From contig CM075977.1 in the NCBI GenBank assembly GCA_038087875.1, positions 142,662,001-142,726,000 of the forward strand: DNA of 64,000 nucleotides, written 5' to 3'. The translations under genes were made by a program, and so were the position numbers. The number at the start of each line of letters is the position of its first letter. The stretch's first letter is position 1. This document shows positions 26,672 to 39,575 of the stretch, one piece after another. The notes under the pieces are model-generated. The model worked only from the letters and a program-made list of their open reading frames with translations, had not been told where the DNA came from and made no database searches. This DNA is from Malacoraja senta. Lineage: Eukaryota.

Positions 26672-26946
26672 TACAGACACAAGAGACTGCAGATGCCGTA
26701 ATCATGGGGCAAAAAAACAACTGGTGGAGGAATTCAGCGGGACAGAGGGTATCTGTGGAAGTAGAGAGATGGTTGATGTTTTGGGTCGAGACCCTGCGAT
26801 GTTGAGACCCTGCATCAGTGAGTTTCTGGCCAGGAAGTTGAGCAGAGCAGCAGCCGGAGGATTTAAACAAGCTGTTTGATACTCACAATGAATCAATCAA
26901 ACACCTTTCATGTCTATCTTCGGTGTAAATCAGCATCTGCAGTTCC
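26672..26946. mobile_element. Older Penelope-terminus-derived fold-back copy
   Basis: actgcagatgc...gcatctgcagt ends and a ttttgggtcgagaccc core. Similar copies at ~8490-8740, 44648-44785 and 47140-47260. Confidence 0.55.
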
Positions 26947-27705
26947 AACCGACACATTCCCATCAGTCCTGTTCCCCACTTTCTCCTCAATAGCCTATTC
27001 TCCCTTACATTGCCCCACTCAACTCTCCAATTCTCCTGCCAACTACCTACACCTTGAGTAACTTACTGTACTCAGTCAACCTACCACCACATTTGTGGGA
27101 TGTTGAATGAAACCAGACCACTTGGAGAAAACCATGGGGTCACAGGGAGGGCCTGCTAACTCCAGAAACATAGCCCCCAAGGTGAGGATCAAACACAGGT
27201 AACTGCTGAGTTACCTGTCTTTGATTCTCAAGGTGAGGATCAAAGAGAGCATCACCTGCTGAGCCACTATGTTGCCCCTACCTATGGGAAATACATAGGA
27301 AAACAAGTTTGTTTTCTTTAGAGCAGAAAAAGTTGAAATGAGATGTGATATAAACGTTTAACATTTTCAATGGTTCAGACAGATTTAGAAAGGAAGAAAC
27401 TTTTGACTGATGTGAAGATCGGTAACTATAGGATAGATTTAGAATAACTCAAAGAAGAACCGTGGGAAATGAAAAATTAATTTTATTTGCCATGTATATG
27501 GAATGCAATGCTTGAAAGGATAATTGAAGCAGATTCAACAGTAATATTTTTTAAAGAATCAGATGCATAATTTAAATAATGACCATAGTGGGGCAATAGT
27601 AGGATAGTGCGACTAAGGCATAGCTCATTCAAAGAGATAGCATAGTCAAGATGCGTTGCATGTTCCACTAATGTACTAAATGGCTCAACACATTTTTGGA
27701 GTAAA

Positions 27706-29023
27706 CTAGACCAAGTGGGAGCCGTTTGGTCCGGTTCCCCCAACGCAATATTCCAGCACTCACCCATAGCCCCCAACTGCGCAGGCACGGCTGAGGGGTT
27801 CCCGTTGTGACGCCAGAGATCCCCGTTTTGACGTGAGTCATGGGAAACCTGCCCCAACTGCGCCTCGCCATCCCTCTTCCTACCCCTATCCTTCTCCATT
27901 CCCCCTCAGCCCCAGCACTCTTTCCCCTCCCCTTCACTCTCTTCTTTCCCCTGTCCTCCTACCCTCCCCCACTCCCTCCCTCACCTCTCCCTTCTTTTTC
28001 CCCTACCCTCAGTCACTCCCACCATCCCTCCATAATCCCTCTCCCCTCCCTACCCCCCTCCTCTCCCTCTATCCCCTCTCCTCCCCAACTCTCCCTCCTC
28101 ACCTCCCCCACTTTCCCCTCCCTCTCCCTCCCTACCCCCCTCCTCTCCCTCAATCCCCCCACGCTCCCTCTGTAAACCACCGCTAGCCCCGTTTTCTCCA
28201 GCAGGGCAGCGATTAAGTCGTACTTGAGGCAGGGGCTGTCAGGGGGGGGCAGCGTCTTGGAGCCAGGGAAGGGGGAAGGCTTGAGGTGGGGCCTGTCAGG
28301 GGGATGGCGAGCATCCTGAACCAGAGGGAGGGGGAAGGCTTGCGGCCTGGAATGTTGAGGGGGTGCGCGAGCGTCCTGGAGGCTGGGGAGGGCTTGAGGC
28401 AGGGGCTGTCGTGGGGGGGCAGCGTCCTGGAGCCGGGGGAGGGGGAGGACTTGAGGCGGGGGCTATCGAGGGTTGGGAGACGAGCGTCCTGGAGCCGGGG
28501 GAGGGGGAGGGTTCGAGAGCGGGGGCTATCGGGGGGGGCGAGCGTCCTGGACCCAGGCAATGGGGAGGAGGAGCCCGAGGGTACCCGGCGCGGCCTCTCC
28601 CCGCCCCTGGTCCCCGCACTGGCTCCAACCCCAGCCCAGGCTAAGGGGGGCAGAAATTAAATAGGAACCTTACTCATGGAGCCGTCGGCTCGCCGTTGTG
28701 ACAGGAAAAAAAGGATGGCGGTCTGAAATTGTGCAAAGGCCGCGCTGAGGACCTGTGGGGTGTCCTTTATGACGCCTGTGACGTAAAGATAGCAAGTGGG
28801 GGCGGGGCAAGTGGGGGCACTGTTTTATTTCTTTAAAGTTTTAAACGTCAATAACTTGTAAAATATACCATCAATCTGAACGAAACTTGTTTAATTTACA
28901 TCACAGGACAATGGTATGGTGGGCCAAAAAATTGTAGCGCTATCATGTACAGTTTTTGCACAAATACTAACCGGGCAAACAAACGGACAAACAAACAAGG
29001 TGAGAGTTTTAGTAATATAGAGA
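27706..29023 (-). mobile_element. Non-autonomous Helitron-like element H4
   Basis: Minus strand reads a|TCtctatattactaaaactctc ... cacttggtCTAG|t. Subterminal block is shared with H2 and H5. Confidence 0.82.
28225..28555. repeat. ~55-58-bp GC-rich tandem repeat (inside H4; related degenerate array at 40560-40880 in H5)
   Basis: Recurrent ggcaggggctgtc...gcgtcctggagccggggga units. Confidence 0.75.
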
Positions 29024-29086
29024 TAGAGATGAATGCCAATTTCAAAAGAGAAGAACTAACCGGACCAAAAAAAAATCTGTTTGTAC

Positions 29087-29256
29087 CTTAAGTGAATCCT
29101 TCGAATGCCTGAACAGCTCCCTTAATCCTGAGTCAGTGATGGATTTTGTCCTGTCATTGCATCGACAGAGGCTGAGACTTTGTGGTTGGTGATGCCCAAT
29201 GTTCTTAAGCCATTCATCGTTCAAACAGTTACTATTTTCAACCTTAATATTCTTCC
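29087..29256 (-). CDS. F-box/LRR gene exon (WKNIKVENSNCLNDEWLKNIGHHQPQSLSLCRCNDRTKSITDSGLRELFRHSKDSLK)
   Basis: Acceptor ttttctccttcag|GG completes T|GG (Trp) from the F-box exon. Donor is AAG|gtac. Contains LRR-like ITDSGL. 170 nt. Confidence 0.88.
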
Positions 29257-29839
29257 CTGAAGGAGAAAAAATATATGTCAAAGTTTTGTCCCTGTCCGTC
29301 TGTCTGTCTGCCTATCTATCAACAAGCCATATTTTCGCTCCTTAAGTTTCTTCTCCCTCATTCCATATTTTGATTTCTTGTTAAGTATGTGTTATTGCTC
29401 ACCAAAATGTGGACAAGAACCCTTATTCTTGATTTCAATAACAGTAATTTTAAATTGAAGTCCAGGAGGTGCAGAAAAGCATTCACATAATTGCCCCCAC
29501 CTTCCACCAGAAGCATACAATACCATTACTGTGATGAGCCTTAAATGCAAATACGCACCTTTGCAAAGCAGATGTGGTATGATACCAAGCCAGTATCTCA
29601 GGATGAAAAACACCTTCCCATATTTTTAATCCACAAGGTTTATCTACACAGATAAACAAATGTTTCTGGGAATTTATAATAGTTTATATTATAAGTAGTC
29701 TGCCTTTCAAAATTATTTTTTGCACAAGGAAATTGGGTGCAAAAATAAATGAGGTTGAGAAGATGCCAGATTACTTAAATGGGGAGCTCCTCTTGGGTCC
29801 ACATGTTCTTCTGTTATTTGTTTTGCTCCTCATGATTAT

Positions 29840-30110
29840 GTGCTCAATCTCCTGCCCTGCTCTCTATACCACGGATGTGTAGCCAGATACAGCTTTAACG
29901 GCATATTTAAATTTGCAGATGATACCACCATTGTTGGACAAACAACAGGTAATGATGAGTCAGAATAAAGGAGGAACAGTGATAACCCGATTGAATAGTG
30001 CCAGAACAATCTCATTCTCAATGTTAGCAAGACCAAGGAGGTGATTGTTCACTTCAGGAGGTGAATGTCGAAGATTGCATCTTGGCCTGGTTCGCATTAC
30101 CTGAATGAGT
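29840..30110 (+). mobile_element. Rex/Babar RT fragment
   Basis: KFADDTTIVG and LNVSKTKE motifs. Confidence 0.7.
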
Positions 30111-31280
30111 GCAGCACTAAAATCTCTCAAGAAACTCAACAACATCTAGTACAAACAATCCCCCCCTCCCCACCTTACCTAGGCTACTGTAACAGCACCA
30201 CCCTAAATGTGTGATTTGTGAATATGTTTCCCTCCAAACTGCACAACAATCTGACTACACTGATCCTTTATCATCATTGAGTCTAAATTCTGAACAATCC
30301 TCCAACAGTGTGGATGCAGCTTCTTCGGAAGGACTATGGATGATCATGGCTCATCACCTCCTTCTGAAGCACTATTATGGAGGGACAATAAACGTTGGCC
30401 ATACCAGACTCATAAAAAGAATGATAAAGATATGACACAGCAGGCTGCATGATGCATACGCTGTTCTATATGGAATAATGTCTTTGGCACTAGAGACACA
30501 GTGAGAAAATGATCAGCTGCAGCACAATGGAAGAGCAAGTGAAGCTATGGGAAAATTGAGGGTTGTCACAACAACTACATTTCTCAAGGAAAGAGACAAC
30601 ATACTAAAAACACTCTAATTAAAAAAAACAATCCAAATAGAGTACAAAGTAAAATCCAGTTTTATAAATGTATGTATTCTGAAACTAAGTATTAGAATCC
30701 ATCACCTTGGTGTCCATCTTCCTTTCATTTTTACCTTTCCTTTGAGATACTTCATAATGTTGGAAAGCTGATGATTTTTCATTGAAGTCTGGAGGACTAC
30801 AAAGAGATTTCCAGAGCTTTGAAATTGCAGCATCTTGGATGTAACAAATATTTGAGTTACAAGCAGGTGTAGGCCACTCAGCGCCTTTCTCCTTGCTCTG
30901 CCTTCTAATAAAATCTTAGCTAACTGGTTATAGCTCCAACTCTGCACAACTGTCCGCTCGTCGTAATCGTTCATGCCTGTGCTGATCAGGTACCTGTCGA
31001 CTTTGCCATAAATGTTTCTAATTCTCACCTCCACAGCCCTCCGAGGAAAAGATTAATGGCCAAACACTCATGGCCTTCTGAATGAAAAGGTTTGATTCAT
31101 CTCTGTCTTAAATAAGCAACCCCTTCATTCTCAACAGTGAAAACATCACATTCACCCTGTCAAGACCCCTCAGAATCCTAGCCTATCCAACATTTCTTAA
31201 GAAGACAATCTTTAAATACTGTATTAGTTTTGAAAACCTTCTCTATACAGCTTGCAAATATTAACATTCTTCTTTGGATA

Positions 31281-32145
31281 AGTAAGTAAGTTTATTGGCC
31301 AAGTAATCACATACAAGGAATTTGCCTTGGTGCTCCGCCCACAAGTAACAACATGACATACATTGACAGTTACGAATGACTCAGAAAACACTAAACATTA
31401 ATAATAATAAAACATTAATGATAAAACACCATTGATCAAGCATGTGAACCAACAAACCAGATCAAAGGGAGGCTACAGATTTTTGGCTGTTGAGTAGAGC
31501 AACTACTCGTGGATAAAAACTGTTTTTATGTCTGACTGTGGCAACTTTGACAATCCGGAGTCGCCTTCCAGAGGGAAGTGATTCAAAGAGTTTGTGGCCA
31601 GGGAGAGAGGGGTCAGAGATGATCTTGCCCACTCGCTTCCTGGCCCTTGTACAGTTCATCAATGGAGGGAAGGTTGCAGCCAATAACCTTCTCCGCTGAT
31701 CGGATGATTCGCTGCAGCCTCCAGGTGTCGTGCTTGGTGGCTGAGCCAAACCAGACCATGATGGAGAAGGTAAGAGGCTCTACGATGGCCGTGTAGAATA
31801 GGACCATCATTGCCTGTGGCAGATTGTGCTTCCTCAGCTGCTATAGGAAGTACATCCTCTGTTGTGCCTTTTTGACTGTGGAGTCGATGGTAGCCCCCCA
31901 CTTAAGGTCCTTGGAGATGATGGTTCCCAGGAACTTAAAAGACTCCACAGATGTGACTGTGGTGTTGTTGATGGTGAGTGGGGTGAGGGGAGGGGGAGCT
32001 CTCCTAAAGTCTACAATCAATTCCACTGTCTTAAGAGCATTGAGCTCTAGGTTGTTGCAACGGCACCAGGACACCAGCTGTGTCACTCCCTGTCTGTAGG
32101 CAGATTCCTCCCCATCCTGGATCAGTCCAATCAGGGTTGTGTCCA
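31281..32145 (-). mobile_element. Rex/Babar LINE 3' fragment
   Basis: WCRCNNLELNALKTVELIVDFR, FLGTIIS, KAQQRMYFL and SFYPRVVALLN motifs, with an (ACTT)n tail. Confidence 0.85.
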
Positions 32146-32509
32146 AGGAGACCAATACCATAAACAGTGGTCCTATCTAACTCCCCTGTTAATAAATAAC
32201 ATTCTTTTGCCTTTCTGAATTGCCTGCAGCTTCACATTCAGCTTTTCCATATCATGCACTTAGACATCCCAATTCCACTACATCTTTCAATGATTTTTCA
32301 CCATTTAGATAATATGCTATTATTTTCTGCCACATTTTACCACATTCTATTCCATTTCCAAGATCATCATCCATTCACTACTCTTGTTATAAGAACTTTT
32401 GTAATCTCTTTATGTGCTCTTCACAACTTACTTTCCTATTTATCTTTGTATCATTCGCAAATTTAGCATCCATATCTCTGGTTCCTTGATCCAAGTCATT
32501 TTATAAGTT

Positions 32510-33025
32510 ATGATTTAGGCCATTTGGCCCATCACGTCTACGCCATTCAATCATGGCTATCTTTCCCTCTCAACCCCATTCTCCTGCCTTCTCTTCGTAA
32601 CTCCTTACACCCACACTAATCAAGAATCTATCAATCTCCACCTTCAAAATATCTATTGACGGCCACCACAGCCTTCTGCGGCATTGAATTCCACAAATTC
32701 ATCACCCTCTGACTAAAGAAATTCCTCTCATCTCCTTTCTAAAGGTACGTTCTCTTATTCTGAAGCTGTAACCTCTAGTCCCAGACTCTCCCAAGAGTGG
32801 AAATATCCTCTCCACATCCACTCTATCCAGGGCTTTCACTATTCGGTATGTTTTGATGAAGTCCCCCCTCAGCCCTCTAAACTTAGCCAGTACAGGCCCA
32901 GTGCCGTCAAATGCTCATCATATGTTAACCCAATCCTCCCTGGGATCATTCTCGTAAACCTCCTCTGGACTTTTTCCAACGCCAGCACATCCTTCCTCAG
33001 ATAATGGGGTGCAAAACTGTTCAGA
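32510..33025 (-). mobile_element. CR1 LINE 3' fragment
   Basis: LRKDVLALEKVQRRFTR peptide. Confidence 0.8.
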
Positions 33026-33514
33026 ATGATGAATTTTATAAATTGTAAAATCTTGAGGCCCGAGCATTGATCCCTGTGGCATTCCATTCTTTACTTCTTG
33101 ACAGCCAGAAAAAAAAACTCATTTATGGCCACTCTCTATTTCTTGTTAGCTAGCCAATCTTCAATGGAGGGATTGGATCACGTACAGGCAAAGAAGGTTG
33201 GTTTAATTTGACATCATGTTCAGCATGGATATGTAGGCTGAAGGGCCTGTTCATATGCTATTCTGATGCTTATTTACGTTAATCCTGTTAATCAATAAAC
33301 CCTGTCTTTCCTATTGATGTACGTTATACAAATGCTTTTTGAATGCTGTGCGTGTACCTGTTCCATATACCTACCACTCTGTGTGACATGGTAAAAGTCT
33401 GTGACTATTTACACTATCTATGCCCCTCATAGTTTTATAAACTTCTATAAGGTCTCTTCTCAGTTCCCGAGCAGTCCCAATCTATCCCATCTCTCCTTGC
33501 AACCAAAGTACTCA

Positions 33515-34012
33515 ATTCTTGCTATTGAGGGAGTGCAGCGTAGGTTCACAAGGTTAATTCCTGGGATGGCGGCACTGTCATATGCGGAGAGAATGGAGCG
33601 GCTGGGCTTGTATACTGGAATTTAGAAGGATGAGAGGGAATCATATTGAAACATATAAGATTATTCAGGGTTTGGACACGCTAGAGGCAGGAAACATGTT
33701 CCCGATGTTGGGGGAGTCCAGAACCAGAGGCCACAGTCTAAGAATAAGGGGTAAGCCATTTGGAGATGAGGAAGCACTATTTCACACAGAGAGTCTGTGG
33801 AATTCTCTGCCTCAGAGGGCGGTGGAGGCTGGCTCTCTGGATACTTTCAAGAGAGAGCTAGATAGGGCTCTTGAAGATAGCGGAGTCAGGGGGTATGGGG
33901 AGAAGGCAGGAACGGGGTACGGATTATGGATGATCAGTCATGATCACATTGAATGGCGGTGCTGGTTTGAAGGGCCGAATGGCCTACTCCTGCACCTATT
34001 GGCTATGTCTAT
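33515..34012 (+). mobile_element. CR1 LINE 3' fragment
   Basis: ILAIEGVQRRFTR and SRTRGHSL peptides. Confidence 0.85.
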
Positions 34013-35496
34013 TGAATCAGCTCTGCGTGCTACAATGTGCCATATGGTGTGGTGACCAGAACTGCATACCATTTTCCAAATGTACTCCTGTCTATGATGG
34101 GAAGCAAGCTTAACACTTTCTTCATTATTCCATCCACCTGTGTCATCATTTTGAGAGTGCAATGCACATGCAGCCCAAGATCTCTCTGGGGTAAATCTGA
34201 GTCCGATAGGCCAGTATTAGACAACTCAAAATGAATTATCATCCTTTTGCATTAAATTCCATATGTCACCGCTCCACCCAACTTCTCAGCTGATCTATGT
34301 TCTAACGTATCCTTTGGCAACCATCCTCACTAGCTACAACCCCATCAATCTTCGTTTTCAGATAATCCCAATGCTTCTTACAGCCTTAATGTTATTTCTA
34401 TTTGAGAGGTGACAGCTTTGTTTAAGCCACTTGCTGTGCTGGGCCAGTTACAGATGCACATGGCGATTGAAAAGCACATGTAGTTTTGGCAGTGTGCTGG
34501 AAAAATCAAAATCATTAATGAGTTTGAATTTAACATGCCAACTGCAGCACAGTGAAAGGTACACCATTTCCTTGATAAGATGTTTTTATCACACAGTTCA
34601 CGCCTGTTCAAACAGAATTTTGCAATTATGCTAAATACTAGAGTCCATCTAAAATTAATGTTAATGCGATTAGTCACATGAAGGCACAGCCCAGCAAGTT
34701 AAAGGAACTAACATCAAAACAAAGATAAAGAGTCCAACCTTTACAAGGAAAAACATCTATTGTATGTATTTGTAAAATTCTATGTATTTTCTATGTATTG
34801 GAAACAGTACATGACTGCCAGTGAAATCAATAAGATTAAAATATTGAATAGGTGACCTCAACATAACTTTGTTTAAATTCTAACTGAAATGCAGCAAGGC
34901 ACTGACACTGGGTCATGTTTTGTTTTCAGGTGGAGTATACAGTATGAGCTTTGGCACCCACAAAATTACACCCAAAAAACCTGTATGCATTAATTTTGCT
35001 ATTGTAAAGGATATTGTGACCATTGGTCCAAGCACCCGCTTGTATTCATAACCTTTAAAGCTACCAGACTGAGAAGAGAACATCGGAAATTCAAATATGA
35101 TTTGTTAAAACGTTTCATGTATAATGCTCCCTACATTTGCTGAATACATCTGGATGACTCAAAGACAAACTTCAGTACCAAAACAACTTCTATGAATTGT
35201 GTTCTCATTTGCATACAATGAATTGACTGATAATAGACAAATAATAGAGAAAAAAGATTGCATGACACCAATCAGCTTATAATGCCAATAAACCCAAAGC
35301 TCAGAACACTAGCATATACATTCTCTTCATTGTGCTTAGCTGAGCATATTTTATTTATTATTAAACTTTATTTCAGACTCAAGGTCCAGACAAGGGACAA
35401 CATTACATAAAACACATTGCATATAAAAACACAATAAAATACATATAAAATCTTAGTATAGCACTTATATAAGCATCATAAATTATATTTATATAT

Positions 35497-36399
35497 TGTG
35501 GCGGCTCCCAAGGGTCGTGCCATCATAGTGTCGAACCCCTCGGCACAGGAGTGGTTCAGTCCGGAGGCGGCCCTTAGCCGGAGGCTTTAAAGGCAGGGGT
35601 TTGGGTGCCATCTTCCTCTCGTTTGGTCTTCCCTAGAACTGGGAGGAACCTAATAAAAAGTGCTTCTCGAAATACGACTTCGTGCTTCATTCAGAGACTC
35701 ACGCACTACATTGGTGACCCCGACGTGATGGCAGGCTCGCACCCATCCCGACGTCTCGCCATGGGACATTTCGCCCACACGTGCCATCAGCCCTCAGGGA
35801 CTGCCCGTACGTCTTCCTGCGCCGTGATGCCCACCGGACGCCACTCCAAAGGCCGTACGAGGGCCCATTCCGAGTGCTGGAACACGGGCAGTCGACTTTT
35901 GTCCTGGACATGGGGGGCCGGCCGGAGGCAGTGTCGATTGACCGTTTGAAGCCGGCACACCTGGACATTGACCAGCCGGTGCTGGTTGCCCAACCTCGGC
36001 CTCGAGGGCGCCCCCCTTCACGGCTCCCTCCGCCTGTCACTCCACCTGTCCTCCCGCCGGTCCCTCGTCCTGTCCCTCCACCTATTCCTCCGCAAGCCCC
36101 ACGAGCGGCTAACTTCCGCACGCGGGCCGGCCGGGTCGTTCGCCCGCCGGTGCGTTTCGTGCCTCTGGTTCTGGGGGGGGGGTCCTGTGGCGGCTCCCAA
36201 GGGTCGTGCCATCATAGTGTCGAACCCCTCGGCACAGGAGTGGTTCAGTCCGGAGGCGGCCCTTAGCCGGAGGCTTTAAAGGCAGGGGTTTGGGTGCCAT
36301 CTTCCTCTCGTTTGGTCTTCCCTAGAACTGGGAGGAACCTAATAAAAAGTGCTTCTCGAAATACGACTTCGTGCTTCATTCAGAGACTCACGCACTACA
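35497..36399 (+). mobile_element. Miniature (internally deleted) Ty3/Gypsy LTR element, 903 bp
   Basis: Two 214-bp TG...CA LTRs (35497-35710 and 36186-36399), identical by eye. ATAT TSD. PBS present, G-run PPT before the 3' LTR. Integrase C-terminal peptide PLQRPYEGPFRVL..VSIDRLKPAH. Confidence 0.93.
35712..35729 (+). promoter_or_regulatory. Primer binding site complementary to the tRNA-Trp 3' end
   Basis: TGGTGACCCCGACGTGAT, 1 nt after the 5' LTR. Confidence 0.85.
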
Positions 36400-39300
36400 A
36401 TATCACAAAAAAACACAATACATGATTTTAAATCCAGAATAAAAAAGAAAGATCAGTGTCTTTCAATGTTCTACCAATATCATTTATGGAATTATCAACA
36501 ATTAAGAAGCTCATTGGTGGGTGATTTCACCTTGCTGTTGCTGCAATGCAACAAATGCAATTGAAAACGGGCTAACAGAATCAAGGGATATGGGGAGAAA
36601 GCAGGAATGGGGTACTGATTTTGGATGATCAGCCATGATCATATTGAAAGGTGGTGCTGGCTCGAAGGACAAAATGGCCTACTCCTGCACCTACTTTCTA
36701 TGTTTCTATGTTCTATGTTTCTAATGCTCATTTCTTTCCATCATTGCCTATAGTAGCAGTTTGCCACAAAAGACAGGTGTTTCAGGTATTGACAACCGGA
36801 CGCCTTCCGGAGGTGCCGCTGAGAAGCTGAGGCGGGAGCCTCGTGGCCCAGGCCTCATGGGCCGGAGGCTTGCGAGTCGGAGGTAGAGCCACGCAGGTTG
36901 GAGTTTCGCAGGTTGGAGCCCGGGCCTCGTGGGTTGTCGAACCCGTGACCATCGGTGCCTGGGTCGATGGAGCCCATGGCTGGGGCCTGGATTGCCGCCA
37001 CGGAGGCTTCCGGAGAGGACCCGGCAGTGACAGTGGAGAAGTCGGTGCAGCGGCCAATGATGAAGCGAACCGACTGACAAGGACAGATCACGTGGGAATG
37101 AGGACGCCGCTGCTGGAGGAAGGAACAAAGGTGGACCCAGCCTGGGGGGATCACCGTGAGGCTGGGGAGAGGGGAAGAAGAACAAAGGGGGAACTGGCAT
37201 GGAGGGGGGGGGGAGAATTTGTAACTTTGTAAGCGCCCTTTATGGGTGACTATTTGCACACCTTGGGTATGCAAGCAAAGAATTTCACTGTGACTTGTCA
37301 CATGTGACAATAAAGTATTCAATTTAGCTTTCTCCACATTTAGGCCACATTTAGAGTATTGTTCGAGTCTCTGCACTACAAGAAGAACATTGTAGAAGTG
37401 CAGAAGAAGTGCACCAGGATGTGGGCTAGATTGGAGACCATTGGCTATAAGGAGAGCTTGTCAAACTGAGTTTGTTTTCTTTGAAAGGGTAAAGCTCAGG
37501 GGCCACCTGATAAAAGTATAAAAAGTTATGAGGGACAGAGATAGGATAGATAGTCAGTGTCTTTATCCAGGGTAGAATTGTGAAATACTAGAGCGCATAG
37601 TTTGAAATGCGAGGGGGTAAGTTTAAAGGAGAGTTACGAGGTAAGATTTTTACACAGGGTGGCAGATGCCTGAATTGCTCTGCCAGAGGAAGTGGTCAAA
37701 GCAGATACACTAGAAATATTTAAGAAGCATTTAGACTACTCCCTATAAAATCAAGGCATCCTAGTCATAGGCGAGATGCTCCCTGTGTTCCCCTGTCACA
37801 GGTTCAAGGAAGACTCTGCATAAACTTGAGACCACCAGCACCACTGTGTGGTCAAGACTGGACTGCTGGGAAGAACTGTAGATAGCCAGTGCCTCTATCT
37901 GAGGCTACAACGGAGTGGCCGGGGTAAGCCTGAGATATCAGGGTCTCTTCCCGCCCATGAACAATGAGGGACTGCACCCACACACAGAGGCAAGGATTGA
38001 GCCGCCTGGATAATACAGAGAATGCCAGCGCCGCTTCCTCAAGACGCAAGCTGAGCTACCAATATAAACCTGAGACTGCCAACACCTCCTCTTGAGGCAA
38101 GGGTGAACTGCAGGGAAATGCCTGAGATCGCCATCCACCTCCTTCAAAGACCAGGACTGAGCTGCCAGGACAAGTCACCGAACATGTGCCCTGATGGCGA
38201 AGGACAGCGGCCCCGGACTTTGTTACCACTGTAAATAAAACATATCACAAGAGTTCACCCTACTGTGAGTGTTGGTGTGATCACTGCTGAACCCGGCATC
38301 ATCCCCGATGCCACAGCAGACACATGAACAGACAGGGACTAGAGGAATATGGACCACTCAACCTCCTAGGCTCCACTTAAAGAAGTCCCAGTTTAGTCAG
38401 CTTGTCTCTATAACTCAAGCCTGCAAGTCATGGTAGCACCCTGATGTATCACTTCTGCACCCTTTCCATCTTAGTGTATCCTTCCGACATCAGAACTGCC
38501 ACCGAACTCAAAATGTGGTCTCACCAACAACTTGTACAGCTGCATCATGATGTGCCAAATTTTATACTTTCTAATGAAAGCAAGCATGCCAAATGCCTTC
38601 TTCGCCACCCTGCCCACTTGAATTGCCATTTTCCGGAAACCTTGCACTTGTACTAGATCTCTCTGGGTACAATACTCTCCATGGTTCTACCTTTTATATT
38701 GTAAATCCTTTAGTTTTACATATCAAAGTGTAACTCCTTAAACTTGTCAGAATTAAATTGCATTTGCCATTTCTTGGCCCGCCATTCTGCTGTATCCTGC
38801 TGTAAACCTAGATATCCGTTCTCACTGTCCACCATACTTCCTAATTTTATCATCAGCAAAATCATCAATATTAACTACATTGTTAACGTAGATAACAACA
38901 GTGGATCTACTATCCCGCAGCAGCACATCACAGGCCTTCATAGTCCTTCAATCAGAAAAGCAACCCTCCACCATTAACCTTTGACTTCTTTCTCCAAGTC
39001 AATTTTGAATCCAATTGGCTACCTAACCTTCCATACTAACCTACCATGTGGGATCTTGTCAACAGGCTTGTAAAATCCATACAGACAACATCCTCCATCC
39101 TGCCCTTGTCAATCACCTATTTATGCCCTCTTGATTATGCTCTCAAGAGTACCCCAACACTTCTTATACTTGCCAAGGGAGTCACTTGATCGTGATTGCC
39201 TAAATCTGAATTCCTCCTTTTTCAAGACCAAGGCTTCAACAGCTCTCATGAACTCAGGTTCCCTAAACTTGCCAGCGTTGGCCTTCACCCTAGCAAGAAC

Positions 39301-39575
39301 ATGCTGCCCCTATATGCTTGTTATTTCCCCTTTGAAAGCCTTCCACTTGCCAGCCATTCTCTTTATCTGCAAACAGACTCTCAAAAGCAACCACATCAAG
39401 TTACCTAATGCTTCCAAAATCAGCTTTGCCTCAATTTAGGGCCGCTCNNNNNNNNNNNNNNNNNNNNNNNNNNNNNNNNNNNNNNNNNNNNNNNNNNNNN
39501 NNNNNNNNNNNNNNNNNNNNNNNNNNNNNNNNNNNNNNNNNNNNNNNNNNNNNNNNNNNNNNNNNNNNNNNNNNN

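Noticed and set aside
35712-35729. tRNA-Trp gene
   Set aside because: Only the 18-nt complement of the tRNA 3' end is present. It is a retroelement PBS.
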